Source of the DNA: Candidatus Accumulibacter necessarius
Lineage (GTDB): Bacteria; Pseudomonadota; Gammaproteobacteria; Burkholderiales; Rhodocyclaceae
Assembly (NCBI GenBank): GCA_017302435.1
Contig: JAFLDL010000017.1
Location: 14,492-78,491 of the forward strand
Direction of reading: 5' to 3'
DNA: 64,000 bases
Each line of letters starts with the position of its first letter. Positions within the stretch are counted from its first letter, which is position 1. Under the pieces are notes generated by a model, which was not told the DNA's origin, did no database searches, and saw only the letters and a list, made by a program, of their open reading frames with translations. The position numbers and the translations under genes are program-made. Of the stretch, positions 37,318 to 47,273 are shown piece by piece.

Positions 37318-39018
37318 ATGATGGCAGCGATAACTGACAGAATCTGGCTGAAAAACTATCCGCCCGGCGTACCCGCCGACATCGACGCTGACCATTACCA
37401 CTCCATTCCGGATCTGTTCGAGGAAATCGTCGCCAAGTATGCCGACAAACCGGCTTTTCACAGCCTCGGCCGAACGCTCAGCTACGCCGAACTCGACAAG
37501 CTGTCGCGCGATTTTGCCGCTTTCCTGCAGGGACTACCGGGCATGGGCAAGGGTGAACGCGTCGCCATCATGTCGCCGAACCTGCTGCAATACCCGGTGG
37601 CGCTGTTCGGCATCCTGCGCGCCGGCATGGTCGTGGTCAACGTCAACCCCCTGTACACGGCGAGAGAACTTGAGCACCAGTTGAGGGACTCCGGCACCAA
37701 GGCCATCGTTGTCGTCGAGAACTTCGCCGCGACACTGGCACAAGTGTGGAAGAAGACACCGGTCGAGCATATCATCACGACGCAGATCGGTGACCTGCTG
37801 CCGATCCCGAAGCGCTGGATCGTCAACTTTGTGATCAAGTACGTGAAGAAGATGGTGCCCGACTGGCGGCTCGACGGCGCCCTGCCGTTCAGCGAAGCGC
37901 TCGCGCGCGGCGCCGCGGCGCGTTGCACGCCGGTCAGCATGAACGCCAGTGAGCTCGCCTTCCTGCAGTACACCGGCGGCACCACCGGCGTCTCGAAGGG
38001 GGCCATGCTCACCCATCGCAACATGCTCGCCAATCTCGAGCAGACGGGCGTCTGGATCTCGGGGAGTTTCAAGGCAGGCAGTGAAATCGTCATCGCACCG
38101 CTGCCCATGTACCACATTTTCTGCCTGACATCGACGCTCTCGTTCATGAAGTGGGGTAGCCTGAGCGTCCTGATCACCAACCCGCGCGACCTGCCGGCAC
38201 TGGTGCACGAGCTCGCGCAGTGGAAGTGGAGCGTCATGAGTGGCGTCAATACGCTATTCAACGGATTGCTGAACACACCGGGGTTCAGCGCCCTTGACTT
38301 TTCTTCGTTGAAAGTGGTGATCGGTGGCGGAGCGGCGGTGCAGAAGTCGGTCGCCGAGCGCTGGAAGGAGGTCACCGGGTGCTACATCACCGAAGCTTAC
38401 GGCCTCACCGAAGCGTCGCCCGGCGTCAGTGCCTCGCCCCTCGACACCCCATGGAACGGCATGATCGGCCTGCCGTTCTCGTCTACCGAGGTATCGATCC
38501 GTAGTGATGACTTCACCGCACTGCCGCCGTGGAACGGTCAAGACGACGTCGAAGCGCACACTGGCGAGATCTGCGTCCGCGGCCCGCAGGTGATGGCGGC
38601 CTACTGGGGTAACGCCAAAGAAACGGCAAAGGTGATCGAGGACGGCTGGCTGAGGACCGGCGACATCGGCCACATGGATGATCGGGGTTACGTCACAATC
38701 ACCGATCGCAAGAAGGACATGATCCTGGTCTCGGGTTTCAACGTCTATCCAAGCGAGATCGAGAACGTGGTGGCGTCGCATCCGGGCGTGCTCGAATGCG
38801 GCGCCATCGGCGTGCCAGACGAGCGCACAGGCGAGGCGGTGAAGGTCGTGATCGTCCGCAAGCACCCTGACCTCACCGACCAGGCGGTGGTCCAGCATTG
38901 CAGGGCCCACCTCACCGGCTACAAGATGCCGCGCCAGATCGAGTTCCGCGATGCGCTGCCAAAGTCGCCGATCGGCAAGATTCTGCGCCGCGAACTGCGG
39001 ACCCCGCCGAAGACCTAG
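37318..39018 (+). CDS. fadD: long-chain fatty acid-CoA ligase
   Basis: MMAAITDRIWLKNYPPGVPADID..., AMP-binding motif LQYTGGTTGVSKGAMLTHRN, ...GYGLTE..., TGDIG...DRKKDMILVSGFNVYPSEIE. Confidence 0.9.
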   Translation: MMAAITDRIWLKNYPPGVPADIDADHYHSIPDLFEEIVAKYADKPAFHSLGRTLSYAELDKLSRDFAAFLQGLPGMGKGERVAIMSPNLLQYPVALFGILRAGMVVVNVNPLYTARELEHQLRDSGTKAIVVVENFAATLAQVWKKTPVEHIITTQIGDLLPIPKRWIVNFVIKYVKKMVPDWRLDGALPFSEALARGAAARCTPVSMNASELAFLQYTGGTTGVSKGAMLTHRNMLANLEQTGVWISGSFKAGSEIVIAPLPMYHIFCLTSTLSFMKWGSLSVLITNPRDLPALVHELAQWKWSVMSGVNTLFNGLLNTPGFSALDFSSLKVVIGGGAAVQKSVAERWKEVTGCYITEAYGLTEASPGVSASPLDTPWNGMIGLPFSSTEVSIRSDDFTALPPWNGQDDVEAHTGEICVRGPQVMAAYWGNAKETAKVIEDGWLRTGDIGHMDDRGYVTITDRKKDMILVSGFNVYPSEIENVVASHPGVLECGAIGVPDERTGEAVKVVIVRKHPDLTDQAVVQHCRAHLTGYKMPRQIEFRDALPKSPIGKILRRELRTPPKT

Positions 39019-39121
39019 TGCGCGCCGGTGCCGGACGGTGTGGTGCTGACCACCAGGGCACCGGCTGACGTAGCCACCGGTGCTGCCCGCCCGCCACCCG
39101 TTGTCAACCCCGGAGACCGTC

Positions 39122-40921
39122 ATGAGTGAATCAAGACCTGCCAGCCCCGCCCCTCCGGAACCGGGCCGCCTCGCCGCGCGACGCGGAGCCGCCCAACCGA
39201 CCGGCTACCTGAAGTGGCTGCCGGGCCTGCAGACCCTGCGTCACTACGAGCTGGCCTGGCTGCGTCACGATATTGCCGCCGGTCTGGTGCTGACCACCAT
39301 GCTGGTGCCGGTCGGTATTGCCTACGCCGTCGCCTCGGGCGTGCCGGGCATCTACGGCCTCTACGCCACGATCATCCCGCTGCTCGCCTATGCGCTGTTC
39401 GGCCCGAGCCGCATTCTGGTACTGGGGCCGGACTCGTCGCTGGCGGCGCTGATCCTCGCCGTCGTCCTGCCGCTATCCGGTGGCGACCCGCTGCGCGCTG
39501 TCGCTCTGGCAAGCATGATGGCGGTGGTCTCTGGGGTCCTCTGCATCCTGGCGGGCGTCGCGCGTCTCGGCTTCGTCACCGAGCTGCTCTCGAAACCGAT
39601 CCGCTACGGCTACATGAACGGCATTGCCTTGACCGTGCTGATCAGCCAGTTGCCCAAGCTCTTTGGCTTCTCGGTCGATGCCGACGATCCGCTGCACAAG
39701 GTCTGGGCGTTCGTTCAGGCCCTGCTGGCCGGCAAGACCAACGCGGTCGCACTGATGGTCGGCGGCGGCACGCTGGTGCTGATCATGCTCCTCAAACGCA
39801 GCAAGCGCTTGCCCGGGGTGCTGATCGCCGTGATCGGTGCCACCGTCCTCGTCGCGACGCTTGGCCTCGACAACTACGGCGTGTCGGTTCTCGGTTCGCT
39901 GCCGCAAGGCTTGCCGGCGTTCGCCATCCCCTGGATCACGCCTGCCGATGTCGTACCCGTGCTGATGGGCGGCTTTGCCGTCGCCATCGTTTCGTTCGCC
40001 GATACCAGCGTACTCTCGCGGACCTATGCCGAGAAGACGGCCAGCCACGTGGACCCGAACCAGGAGATGGTCGGGCTCGGGGCAGCCAACCTGGCGGCGG
40101 GATTCTTCCAGGGCTTTCCGATCAGCAGCAGCTCGTCGCGCACCCCCGTCGCCGAGGCCGCCGGCGCCCGAACCCAACTGACCAGTGTCGTCGGGGCTCT
40201 GGCCGTTGCCCTGCTGCTGTTACTGGCGCCAAACCTGCTGCAGTACCTGCCGAACACCGCCCTGGCCGCCGTCGTGATCGCCGCGGCGATCGGCCTGTTC
40301 GAGTTTGCCGACCTGCAGCGAATCTACCGTATCCAGCGCTGGGAGTTCTGGCTGTCGATCGTCTGCTGCATCGGGGTCGTCGTCCTCGGCGCCATTCCGG
40401 GCATTGGCCTGGCGATCCTGCTGGCCGTCATCGAGTTCCTCTGGGATGGCTGGCGACCGGACTCGGCCGTGCTAGGTCGCGTCAAGGGCATCAATGGCTA
40501 CCACGATATCTTGCGCTACCCCGACGCGCGCCAGATTCCGGGCCTGGTCCTCTTTCGCTGGGCCGCACCGCTGTTTTTCGCCAACGCCGAGTGGTTCCAC
40601 GAGCGCGCCCTCGACGCCGTCGCCGCCTCACCGACGCCGGTGCGCTGGCTGGTGGTGACCGCGGAACCGGTCACCAGCGTGGATGTCACCGCCGCCGACA
40701 TCGTCGCCAAGCTCGACGAGACCCTGCAGGCGGCGGGCATCGAGTTGTGCTTTGCCGAGATGAAGGATCCGGTCCAGGACAAGCTCAAGCGCTTCGGGCT
40801 CTTCTCCCGGCTCGGCGCGGAAGTCTTCTTTCCGACCATCGGCGAAGCCGTGAACACTTATCTCAGAACCTATCCCGAGGTGGCGGCGCAATGGCGAGCG
40901 AGCAAGGGGTCCAGTCAGTGA
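39122..40921 (+). CDS. SulP-family anion transporter with C-terminal STAS domain
   Basis: LRHDIAAGLVLTTMLVPVGIAYAVASGVP..., polytopic, with a STAS-like C-terminus (LVLFRWAAPLFFANAEWF...). ATG 39122 is preceded by GGAG. Confidence 0.85.
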   Translation: MSESRPASPAPPEPGRLAARRGAAQPTGYLKWLPGLQTLRHYELAWLRHDIAAGLVLTTMLVPVGIAYAVASGVPGIYGLYATIIPLLAYALFGPSRILVLGPDSSLAALILAVVLPLSGGDPLRAVALASMMAVVSGVLCILAGVARLGFVTELLSKPIRYGYMNGIALTVLISQLPKLFGFSVDADDPLHKVWAFVQALLAGKTNAVALMVGGGTLVLIMLLKRSKRLPGVLIAVIGATVLVATLGLDNYGVSVLGSLPQGLPAFAIPWITPADVVPVLMGGFAVAIVSFADTSVLSRTYAEKTASHVDPNQEMVGLGAANLAAGFFQGFPISSSSSRTPVAEAAGARTQLTSVVGALAVALLLLLAPNLLQYLPNTALAAVVIAAAIGLFEFADLQRIYRIQRWEFWLSIVCCIGVVVLGAIPGIGLAILLAVIEFLWDGWRPDSAVLGRVKGINGYHDILRYPDARQIPGLVLFRWAAPLFFANAEWFHERALDAVAASPTPVRWLVVTAEPVTSVDVTAADIVAKLDETLQAAGIELCFAEMKDPVQDKLKRFGLFSRLGAEVFFPTIGEAVNTYLRTYPEVAAQWRASKGSSQ

Positions 40922-41078
40922 CCGGGGGACCGCCCGTCTGGCCGCATGGTCACCCGGTCTGCTGGCGAGCGATCACGCGCCGGGCATCAGCGCCATACCA
41001 GGCGGCGTCAGAAAACTGACCAGCTGAACGAGAGCTGCAGTAGCATGGTCTGATCACCTTTACCGGGCAAGACGCCGC

Positions 41079-41975
41079 ATGGCGGATATTTTCCTGAGTT
41101 ATGCGACCGAAGACCGCGAGAAGGCCGTCCAGGTCGCCAGCCAGTTCGAGTCCATCGGCTTCAGCGTCTGGTGGGACCGAAAGATCCCTGCGGGCATGAC
41201 CTGGCGGCAGGTGATCGAGACCTCGCTCAACCAGATGGGCTGCATGGTGGTGCTGTGGTCAGAGCATTCGATCGCCAGTTCCTGGGTCAGCGAGGAGGCC
41301 GAGGAGGGCCGCAACCGCGCCAGGCTGGTGCCGGCCCTGATCGATCCGGTCATGCCGCCCCTCGGTTTCCGGGGAATCCAGGCCGCCGATCTGATCGACT
41401 GGACTGGCTCGCCCGACGAACCGGGCTTCCGCCACCTGGTGGCAGGCGTCGAGGCACTGGTCGGACGTCGCTCCGGCGTAGGTCGCGCGGCCGACTCCGC
41501 GACTTCGACGGCGCGCGCCGGCAACCGTAGTCGCCGCAAGCGGCTGCTCGCCGGCAGCGGTCTGGCGGTCCTGCTGGCGATGGCTGCCTGGGTCTGGCAC
41601 GGTCAGAGGAGCGACACTGGCGAGGCTTCCCAGCCGCGCACCGTCAACGTTGGCCCGAGCCCAACGTCGCCAGGTCCGTCGCCCGCGCTCACTCCCATTG
41701 ACCCAGTCGCCGCGCCCACCGCAGCCGCAGCGCCGCCGGCCGAGGCTGCCATCGAGAAACCCAGCCCGGCCAAAGAGCTGCCGCCAAAGCCCAGGACGAC
41801 GGCCGTAGCTACCGCGGGCACCACCACCGTGGCAAAACCCGCGCGCTCCGAAGCGCAGCCCGGCGTGCGCACCGCTCGACCAGCGCGCTGCCGCGACATC
41901 CTCGAACGTCAGGGCCTTGGCGATGCACTGACCGCCGAAGACCGCGCTTTCTTCCAGAAGGAGTGCAGACCATGA
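41079..41975 (+). CDS. TIR-domain protein with single TM helix and Pro/Ala-rich periplasmic tail
   Basis: MADIFLSYATEDREKAVQVASQFESIGFSVWWDRKIPAGMTWRQVIETSLNQMGCMVVLWSEHSIASSWVSEEAEEG matches the bacterial TIR_2 pattern, including the SxWxxxE glutamate. TM helix LLAGSGLAVLLAMAAWVW, then a low-complexity P/A/T-rich region. Confidence 0.8.
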   Translation: MADIFLSYATEDREKAVQVASQFESIGFSVWWDRKIPAGMTWRQVIETSLNQMGCMVVLWSEHSIASSWVSEEAEEGRNRARLVPALIDPVMPPLGFRGIQAADLIDWTGSPDEPGFRHLVAGVEALVGRRSGVGRAADSATSTARAGNRSRRKRLLAGSGLAVLLAMAAWVWHGQRSDTGEASQPRTVNVGPSPTSPGPSPALTPIDPVAAPTAAAAPPAEAAIEKPSPAKELPPKPRTTAVATAGTTTVAKPARSEAQPGVRTARPARCRDILERQGLGDALTAEDRAFFQKECRP

Positions 41976-43219
41976 AAGACATCGACCGGATCAGCGGCCT
42001 CCCGAAGGTCCTGTCCCACTGGCTGGCCGTCACCGCAGCCGCCATCGCACTCAGCGCCTGCCAACTGTCACCGCCGGGCAGTTCCGGACCGACGGGAGCG
42101 CCGCCAGCGGTACCTCCCCCACCGCCAATCGCCTTCGACGACGCAGTTCTGAAAGCAGCGAACGAGCTGTTCAGCAAGGTGCCATTGCCAGTGGGCAGCA
42201 GCGCGCGCCAACCGCTGGTGATCGACCCGCTGGTCGACGGGGTCACCGGTGCCCAGTCGGCAGCCACCCGCTCGATGGAGCAAAAGCTCGTCGACCTCGT
42301 GCGCCGCCGGCACCCGCGTTTCGAAGTCGAGGCCTTCACCACAGCCAACCTCGCCCAGCAGCCGCTGGTACTGGTCGGAACCTTCACGCCAATCAACAAC
42401 AGCGCCGGACAGCCAACCGGCGAACGCGATGCATTCCGCATCTGTCTCGCCCTCGCCGACCTGAAGACCGGCAAGGTCATCGCCAAAGGCGTCGCCCGCG
42501 CGCGACCCAATGGCGTCGACATGGCGCCGCTGCCCTTCGATGCGGACAGCCCGGCGTGGACCAGCGACCCCGCGGTCGACGGCTACATCAAGACCTGCCA
42601 GGGGAGCAAGGCAGGCGATCCGATCAACGCGACCTACGCCGATCGGATCCTCGCCGCAGCGCTGATCAACGACGCCACCAATGCCTACAACGCTCGGCGC
42701 TATCGGGAATCGCTCGAACTCTACCGAAGCGCGCTGCGCACGCCCGGCGGTGAGCAGCTGCGCGCATACAACGGCGTCTACTTGGCGAGCTGGAAGCTCA
42801 AGCGCCGCGACGAAGCGATACAGGCCTACGCAAGAATCGTCGACTACGGCCTGGCCAACCGTCAGCTGTCGGTGAAGTTCCTCTTCCGCCCCGGCTCCAC
42901 CCAGTTCTGGGCGGACGCACAGATCAGTGGCCCTTACCCCCTGTGGCTGAACCAGATTGCACAGCGCAGCGCCCACAGCAAGGCCTGCCTGGAAATCATC
43001 GGTCACACCAGCCGCAGCGGCCCCGAGCCGCTCAACGAACGGCTATCGGTCCTGCGCGCGCAAGCCATCAAGGACCGTCTCGAAGCGGCCGCAGCGGAAC
43101 TCGCCAAACGCACCATCGCCAGCGGCGTGGGTTCGCGCGAGAACCTGGTCGGCACCGGCGCTGACGACGCCAGCGACGCCCTCGACCGTCGAGTCGAATT
43201 CAAGGTCATCGGCTGCTGA
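41972..43219 (+). CDS. lipoprotein with TPR-like region and C-terminal OmpA-like (peptidoglycan-binding) domain
   Basis: Lipobox AIALSAC. TPR-like NAYNARRYRESLELYRSAL...RRDEAIQAYARIV. OmpA_C-like LEIIGHTSRSGPEPLNERLSVLRAQAIKDRL...DRRVEFKVIGC. ATG 41972 overlaps the TIR gene stop (ATGA), with GGAG 9 nt upstream. Confidence 0.75.
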   Translation: MKDIDRISGLPKVLSHWLAVTAAAIALSACQLSPPGSSGPTGAPPAVPPPPPIAFDDAVLKAANELFSKVPLPVGSSARQPLVIDPLVDGVTGAQSAATRSMEQKLVDLVRRRHPRFEVEAFTTANLAQQPLVLVGTFTPINNSAGQPTGERDAFRICLALADLKTGKVIAKGVARARPNGVDMAPLPFDADSPAWTSDPAVDGYIKTCQGSKAGDPINATYADRILAAALINDATNAYNARRYRESLELYRSALRTPGGEQLRAYNGVYLASWKLKRRDEAIQAYARIVDYGLANRQLSVKFLFRPGSTQFWADAQISGPYPLWLNQIAQRSAHSKACLEIIGHTSRSGPEPLNERLSVLRAQAIKDRLEAAAAELAKRTIASGVGSRENLVGTGADDASDALDRRVEFKVIGC

Positions 43220-43333
43220 GGCGGACAGGACACGCTCGCCACGCCGCGGAGCCGCCCGCCGGAGGTTTCGCGGCCGGCGGCCGGTTCGGTGGGCCTTGCC
43301 AGAACTGACGTGGAAGCCGGGGTTCAGCGGGGT

Positions 43334-43951
43334 TCAGTACTCGACCGGCACCGGATCAAGGCTGCGCCAGAGATACCAGGTCGCCACCGAACGCCAGGGA
43401 CGCCAGCGCTCGCCGTGTTCGGCAAGCAGCCGTCGCCCCGGACGCTCGCCCTGGCAATAGTGGACGGCCACCGCCTTCTGCAAGCCGATATCGTCGAGCG
43501 GAAAAACATCGGGCCGCAACTGGTTGAAGATCAGGAACATCTCCGCGGTCCACACGCCGATGCCGCGCACGCTGGTCAGTTCGGCGATGATCTCCGCATC
43601 GCTCATCACCGACCAGTAAGCAACGTGCATCTGCCCGTTCGCGAAATGCCGGGCGAGGTCAAGGACGTACTCGGCCTTGCGCACGGAGAGACCGCAGGCA
43701 CGCAGCGTTTGCGGCTCGTGCGACAGCACCCCGGCCGGCGTGGGTTCGGGCAATGCAGCGGTCAAACGCGTCCAGACGCTGTCGGCGGCCTTCACCGAGA
43801 TCTGCTGCCCGACGATCGAGCGTAGCAGCGTCACGAAGGGGTCGCCGCGCGAAACGAGAGCGCTGCCAGCAAAGCGCTCGACGAGACCAGCCAGAACGAG
43901 GTCATCTTGCGCAAGGTCCGCAGAAGCTTGCTGCCAGTAGCTCGGAGTCAT
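43334..43951 (-). CDS. DNA-3-methyladenine glycosylase II-type HhH-GPD base-excision enzyme
   Basis: IVGQQISVKAADSVWTRL..., VRGIGVWTAEMFLIFNQLRPDVFPLDDIGLQKAV (HhH-GPD with catalytic Asp). Start at ATG 43951. Confidence 0.8.
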   Translation of the reverse strand: MTPSYWQQASADLAQDDLVLAGLVERFAGSALVSRGDPFVTLLRSIVGQQISVKAADSVWTRLTAALPEPTPAGVLSHEPQTLRACGLSVRKAEYVLDLARHFANGQMHVAYWSVMSDAEIIAELTSVRGIGVWTAEMFLIFNQLRPDVFPLDDIGLQKAVAVHYCQGERPGRRLLAEHGERWRPWRSVATWYLWRSLDPVPVEY

Positions 43952-44060
43952 CGGCGGCGGGTAGCGCTGGCCAGCGCTTCCATACCGCGCCAATTCCTCA
44001 CAGCCTCCGAACCCGCCGCGTCCTGACGGCGAGGCTGACCACCCGGAAAAGCGGGCTCGC

Positions 44061-44567
44061 TCAGGCTCTCTTCCTGTCCTTTTCCCGGGCCTTTTCCTTT
44101 GCCTTGCGGCGACTCGCATCGACCTCGGGCGGACGATAGACAAGAACCGGGATACTGGAATGGGTCAGCACCCGATAGGTTTCACTGCCGAGCAACAGCG
44201 ACGACAGGCCGCCGCGACCGTGCTTGGACATGAAGATCAGGTCGCAATCGTTGTCCTCGGCGACATTGACGATGGCTTCCCACAGCGTTTCACTGACCAC
44301 CGCCAGCGTCGTACACTCGACTCCGGCCTCCTTGCAGAGCTTCTTGATGAAACCCAGATACTCCTTGGATTTCCCTTCCGACCCCGAAACCAGCCGGTCA
44401 AGCACCGCGGGTTCCACCAGATTGCCGACGTTTTCGGTGTTCCCGACCGGCTTCGCGTACAGGGCCGTGATTGTCGCGTTAGCCGCCTTGGCAAAAGATA
44501 CTGCTCGTTCCGCGGTGTCCCGCGAGAGTTGGCTACCATCGGTCGGCAGCAGGATATGCTGAAACAT
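44061..44567 (-). CDS. universal stress protein (UspA family) with Lys/Arg-rich tail
   Basis: MFQHILLPTDGSQLSRDTAERAVSFAKA...CDLIFMSKHGRGGLSSLLLGSETYRVLTHSSIPVLV (ATP-binding G-2x-G-9x-G(S/T)-like). Confidence 0.8.
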   Translation of the reverse strand: MFQHILLPTDGSQLSRDTAERAVSFAKAANATITALYAKPVGNTENVGNLVEPAVLDRLVSGSEGKSKEYLGFIKKLCKEAGVECTTLAVVSETLWEAIVNVAEDNDCDLIFMSKHGRGGLSSLLLGSETYRVLTHSSIPVLVYRPPEVDASRRKAKEKAREKDRKRA

Positions 44568-44798
44568 TCTTGTTCTCCCACAGGTTGGCGCCATCTCTGA
44601 ATCCCTCCGGACGCGCGCCTGATCATAGCCCAAAAAACCGCCCATTGGCGGCGAATCTGACCCGAAAAAACCCCAGGGACCCCCGAAAGGACCCGCCCGG
44701 CACCTGACTGAAGGGGGCAGCCATGCCCTCAGGCGAGCCACCCCGGAGCCGTCGTGGCAACGTTGCCTGAACAGCCTCTGATGCACGCGTCGGCCAGC

Positions 44799-47009
44799 CT
44801 ATTCCTGCATGGCCATCAACTCCTTGTCGGAGTAGCGCAGTCTCAACGCCAGCACCTTGGCGACGGCCTCGACCAGATGGCAGGCAAGACGCTTGTGTTC
44901 CTCCCTGAGCTTTTCGAATTGCTCGCGCTGCAGCACATACAGTTCCGTCTCTTCGAGCGCGGTCGCATCGTTGAAGCGAGTCATCTGCGACAGGAAAGCC
45001 ATGCCGCCGAAGAAGTCACCGCGTCCGTAGGTCAGGGCATGATGGTCTGCCGCCTCGCCGGCGGTCGGCAGGGTGATGCGGACGGCACCCTTGCGGATCA
45101 GGTACAACTCGTTGCCAGGGTCGCCAAACGAGTACACTTTCTCGTCTTTCGCTATCGAACGTCGCTCGAGACAGGCCTCGAGGTCGACCAGCGTCTCTTC
45201 CTTGTGGTCCTTGAAGAGTTCGAGATCGTTCAGTTCAAGCGCAGTGACCTGGGACTCCTGCGCCGGCCCCTGGCCGAGGATCTGGTCTTCGATCCACTCA
45301 AGCGCGCCATCGAGTTCGGAAAACACCTTGACGTGCTCGGTCATGGTCGTCAGTTCCATCTGATCGAAGAACTCGGCGATGTTGCGGCCATTGGGCAGGC
45401 TATGCGACAGATTGCTGAAAATCAGGAAGGCGTCACGTTCGATCAGCGAATCCCGAATCTGGCTCAGCAGGTGCACCGCCGTGACGTCAACCGACTGCAC
45501 ACGTCGCATGTCGAGCACGACATACCTGCGCTTGCCGAGTTCTGGTTCAAGCGCCGTGTACAGCTGATCCTTGGTACCAAAGAACAGACCACCCTGCAAC
45601 TCGAGGATGACCGTCTGCGAGCCCTGCTTTTCCAGCACGGCCATATCCTGGCGCAGGCGCACCCGCTTCGAGAACCGGCTGCCGCCATCCAGCTTGCGAC
45701 GAATCACGGTGCTGCTCAGTTGTTCGCGAATGAACAGGAACATCGCCAGGGCAATGCCGACACCGGAGGCAGCAATCAGGCTGTACCCGACCGCCACGGC
45801 CACCACGGCCACGATGACGATGAAGTCGAGCATGGTCCACGGCGACTCCAGCAGATGAAAGCTGTGCCGGTCGATCATGCGGACGCCGACGACAATCAGG
45901 ATCCCGGCCAGCGCCCCGACCGGAATCCAGGCGATGAAAGTTCCCAGCGCAAGAAATGCGACCAGCGACAGCACGCCCTCGATGACTCCGGAAACGCGGG
46001 TCTGACCCCCACTCGCCAGATTGACCAGCGTTGCCCCCATCTGGCCGGCGCCCGGCATACCGCCGGCACAGGCCGAAGCCACATTGCCGAGACCCTGCGC
46101 GATCAGCTCGCGATTGGAATCATGGCGACTGCGGGTCAGGGCATCGAGAACGACAGCCGTCTTCAGGGTGTCAATAGACAGCAACACCGCGAGGGTGAAC
46201 GCCGTACCAAGCAGGCTGCCGATCTGGCTCAACTTGAGTTCGCCGATCTCCTGCCAACGGCCCGTGATCGCCTCGAACATGCTTGATGCCGTACCGCCCA
46301 GTGGACCGATGATCAGCTTGTTGCCTTCGATGACCAGCAGCGACTCGTCCATCGAGGCGAGCCCGAAGTACGTCAGCACACCGGCCAACAGGCCAAGAAT
46401 GGCCGCCGGAACGACGCGCGTGACCAACGGTGCGCCGACCATCACGGCGGCCGTCACGGCGCCGATGGCCGCGCTCTGCCACTGCCACAACTCCGGCGCG
46501 ATCAGGGCGCGCCACCACGAGGTGCCACCCGGAACACCGAGGAATTTCGGGATCTGGCTACCAATGATGATCAGCCCAACACCCGTGAGATAACCGCTGA
46601 CGACGGGAAACGGGATGTACTTGATGAGGCTGCCGATGCCCATGAAACCCAGGAGCAGTTGAACCAGCCCGGAAACCAGACCAAGTGCGGTCAACATCAG
46701 TACGATCGACGGCGCCGCGACACCGTGCTGTACGAGTTCAATGGCAAAGGCCGAGAGAACTGCCGCGGCGGGGGCACACGGGGCTGTGATCAGGCGGTTG
46801 GTACCACCCAGCGCGGGCGCCACCAGCCCGAGAGCAGTCGCACCGAGAATCCCGGCCAGCGCGCCGAGGCCGGCGTAAGCCGGGCCGATGGCGGCATAGA
46901 TGGTGACGCCGAACGCGATCGCCGACGGCAGGGCGACCAGCATCGCGGCCATGCCACCCCAGAAATCGCCGACAAGCTTGTCATTCTTGAACCTAATTGC
47001 AAGTTCCAC
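44799..47009 (-). CDS. SulP-family transporter fused to STAS and cyclic-nucleotide-binding domains
   Basis: 736 aa. SulP membrane core, a STAS-like segment (VILELQGGLFFGTKDQL), and a C-terminal cNMP-binding motif (FGDPGNELYLIRKGAVRITL...GRGDFFGGMAFL). Confidence 0.85.
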   Translation of the reverse strand: MELAIRFKNDKLVGDFWGGMAAMLVALPSAIAFGVTIYAAIGPAYAGLGALAGILGATALGLVAPALGGTNRLITAPCAPAAAVLSAFAIELVQHGVAAPSIVLMLTALGLVSGLVQLLLGFMGIGSLIKYIPFPVVSGYLTGVGLIIIGSQIPKFLGVPGGTSWWRALIAPELWQWQSAAIGAVTAAVMVGAPLVTRVVPAAILGLLAGVLTYFGLASMDESLLVIEGNKLIIGPLGGTASSMFEAITGRWQEIGELKLSQIGSLLGTAFTLAVLLSIDTLKTAVVLDALTRSRHDSNRELIAQGLGNVASACAGGMPGAGQMGATLVNLASGGQTRVSGVIEGVLSLVAFLALGTFIAWIPVGALAGILIVVGVRMIDRHSFHLLESPWTMLDFIVIVAVVAVAVGYSLIAASGVGIALAMFLFIREQLSSTVIRRKLDGGSRFSKRVRLRQDMAVLEKQGSQTVILELQGGLFFGTKDQLYTALEPELGKRRYVVLDMRRVQSVDVTAVHLLSQIRDSLIERDAFLIFSNLSHSLPNGRNIAEFFDQMELTTMTEHVKVFSELDGALEWIEDQILGQGPAQESQVTALELNDLELFKDHKEETLVDLEACLERRSIAKDEKVYSFGDPGNELYLIRKGAVRITLPTAGEAADHHALTYGRGDFFGGMAFLSQMTRFNDATALEETELYVLQREQFEKLREEHKRLACHLVEAVAKVLALRLRYSDKELMAMQE

Positions 47010-47039
47010 TGGCCCCTGCCCTCATTCAGTGTCCAACGC

Positions 47040-47076
47040 AAAATGGCTCGCAGCAGGCCAAGCGGCCTGCTGCGAG
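47040..47076 (-). terminator. rho-independent terminator candidate after the DUF47-like gene
   Basis: CTCGCAGCAGGCC-AAGC-GGCCTGCTGCGAG is a perfect 13-bp stem. On the minus strand it is followed by CCATTTTG. It lies ~200 nt downstream of the stop at 47274. Confidence 0.45.
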
Positions 47077-47273
47077 CACCCGTGATACGAGCCAAAAGCG
47101 ACCCCGGCCGGCTGCGTGACCCGGGCCGTGTGCGACGCCAGAACGATTGGCTTGTTTTGCAAGAGAAGGCCGAAGCCGGGCAGGTAACAGCCCGGCGACC
47201 TGCGAAAGCGAAGCGAAGCAGCGCGCGAACGCGGCGGGACAAGACGAGCCGGTGGCGCGGGTCTGGCGAACAG

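Noticed and set aside
39214-41019. 601-aa alternative frame over the SulP gene
   Set aside because: It is Arg/Pro-rich nonsense. The +1 frame at 39122..40921 gives a canonical polytopic SulP/STAS protein.
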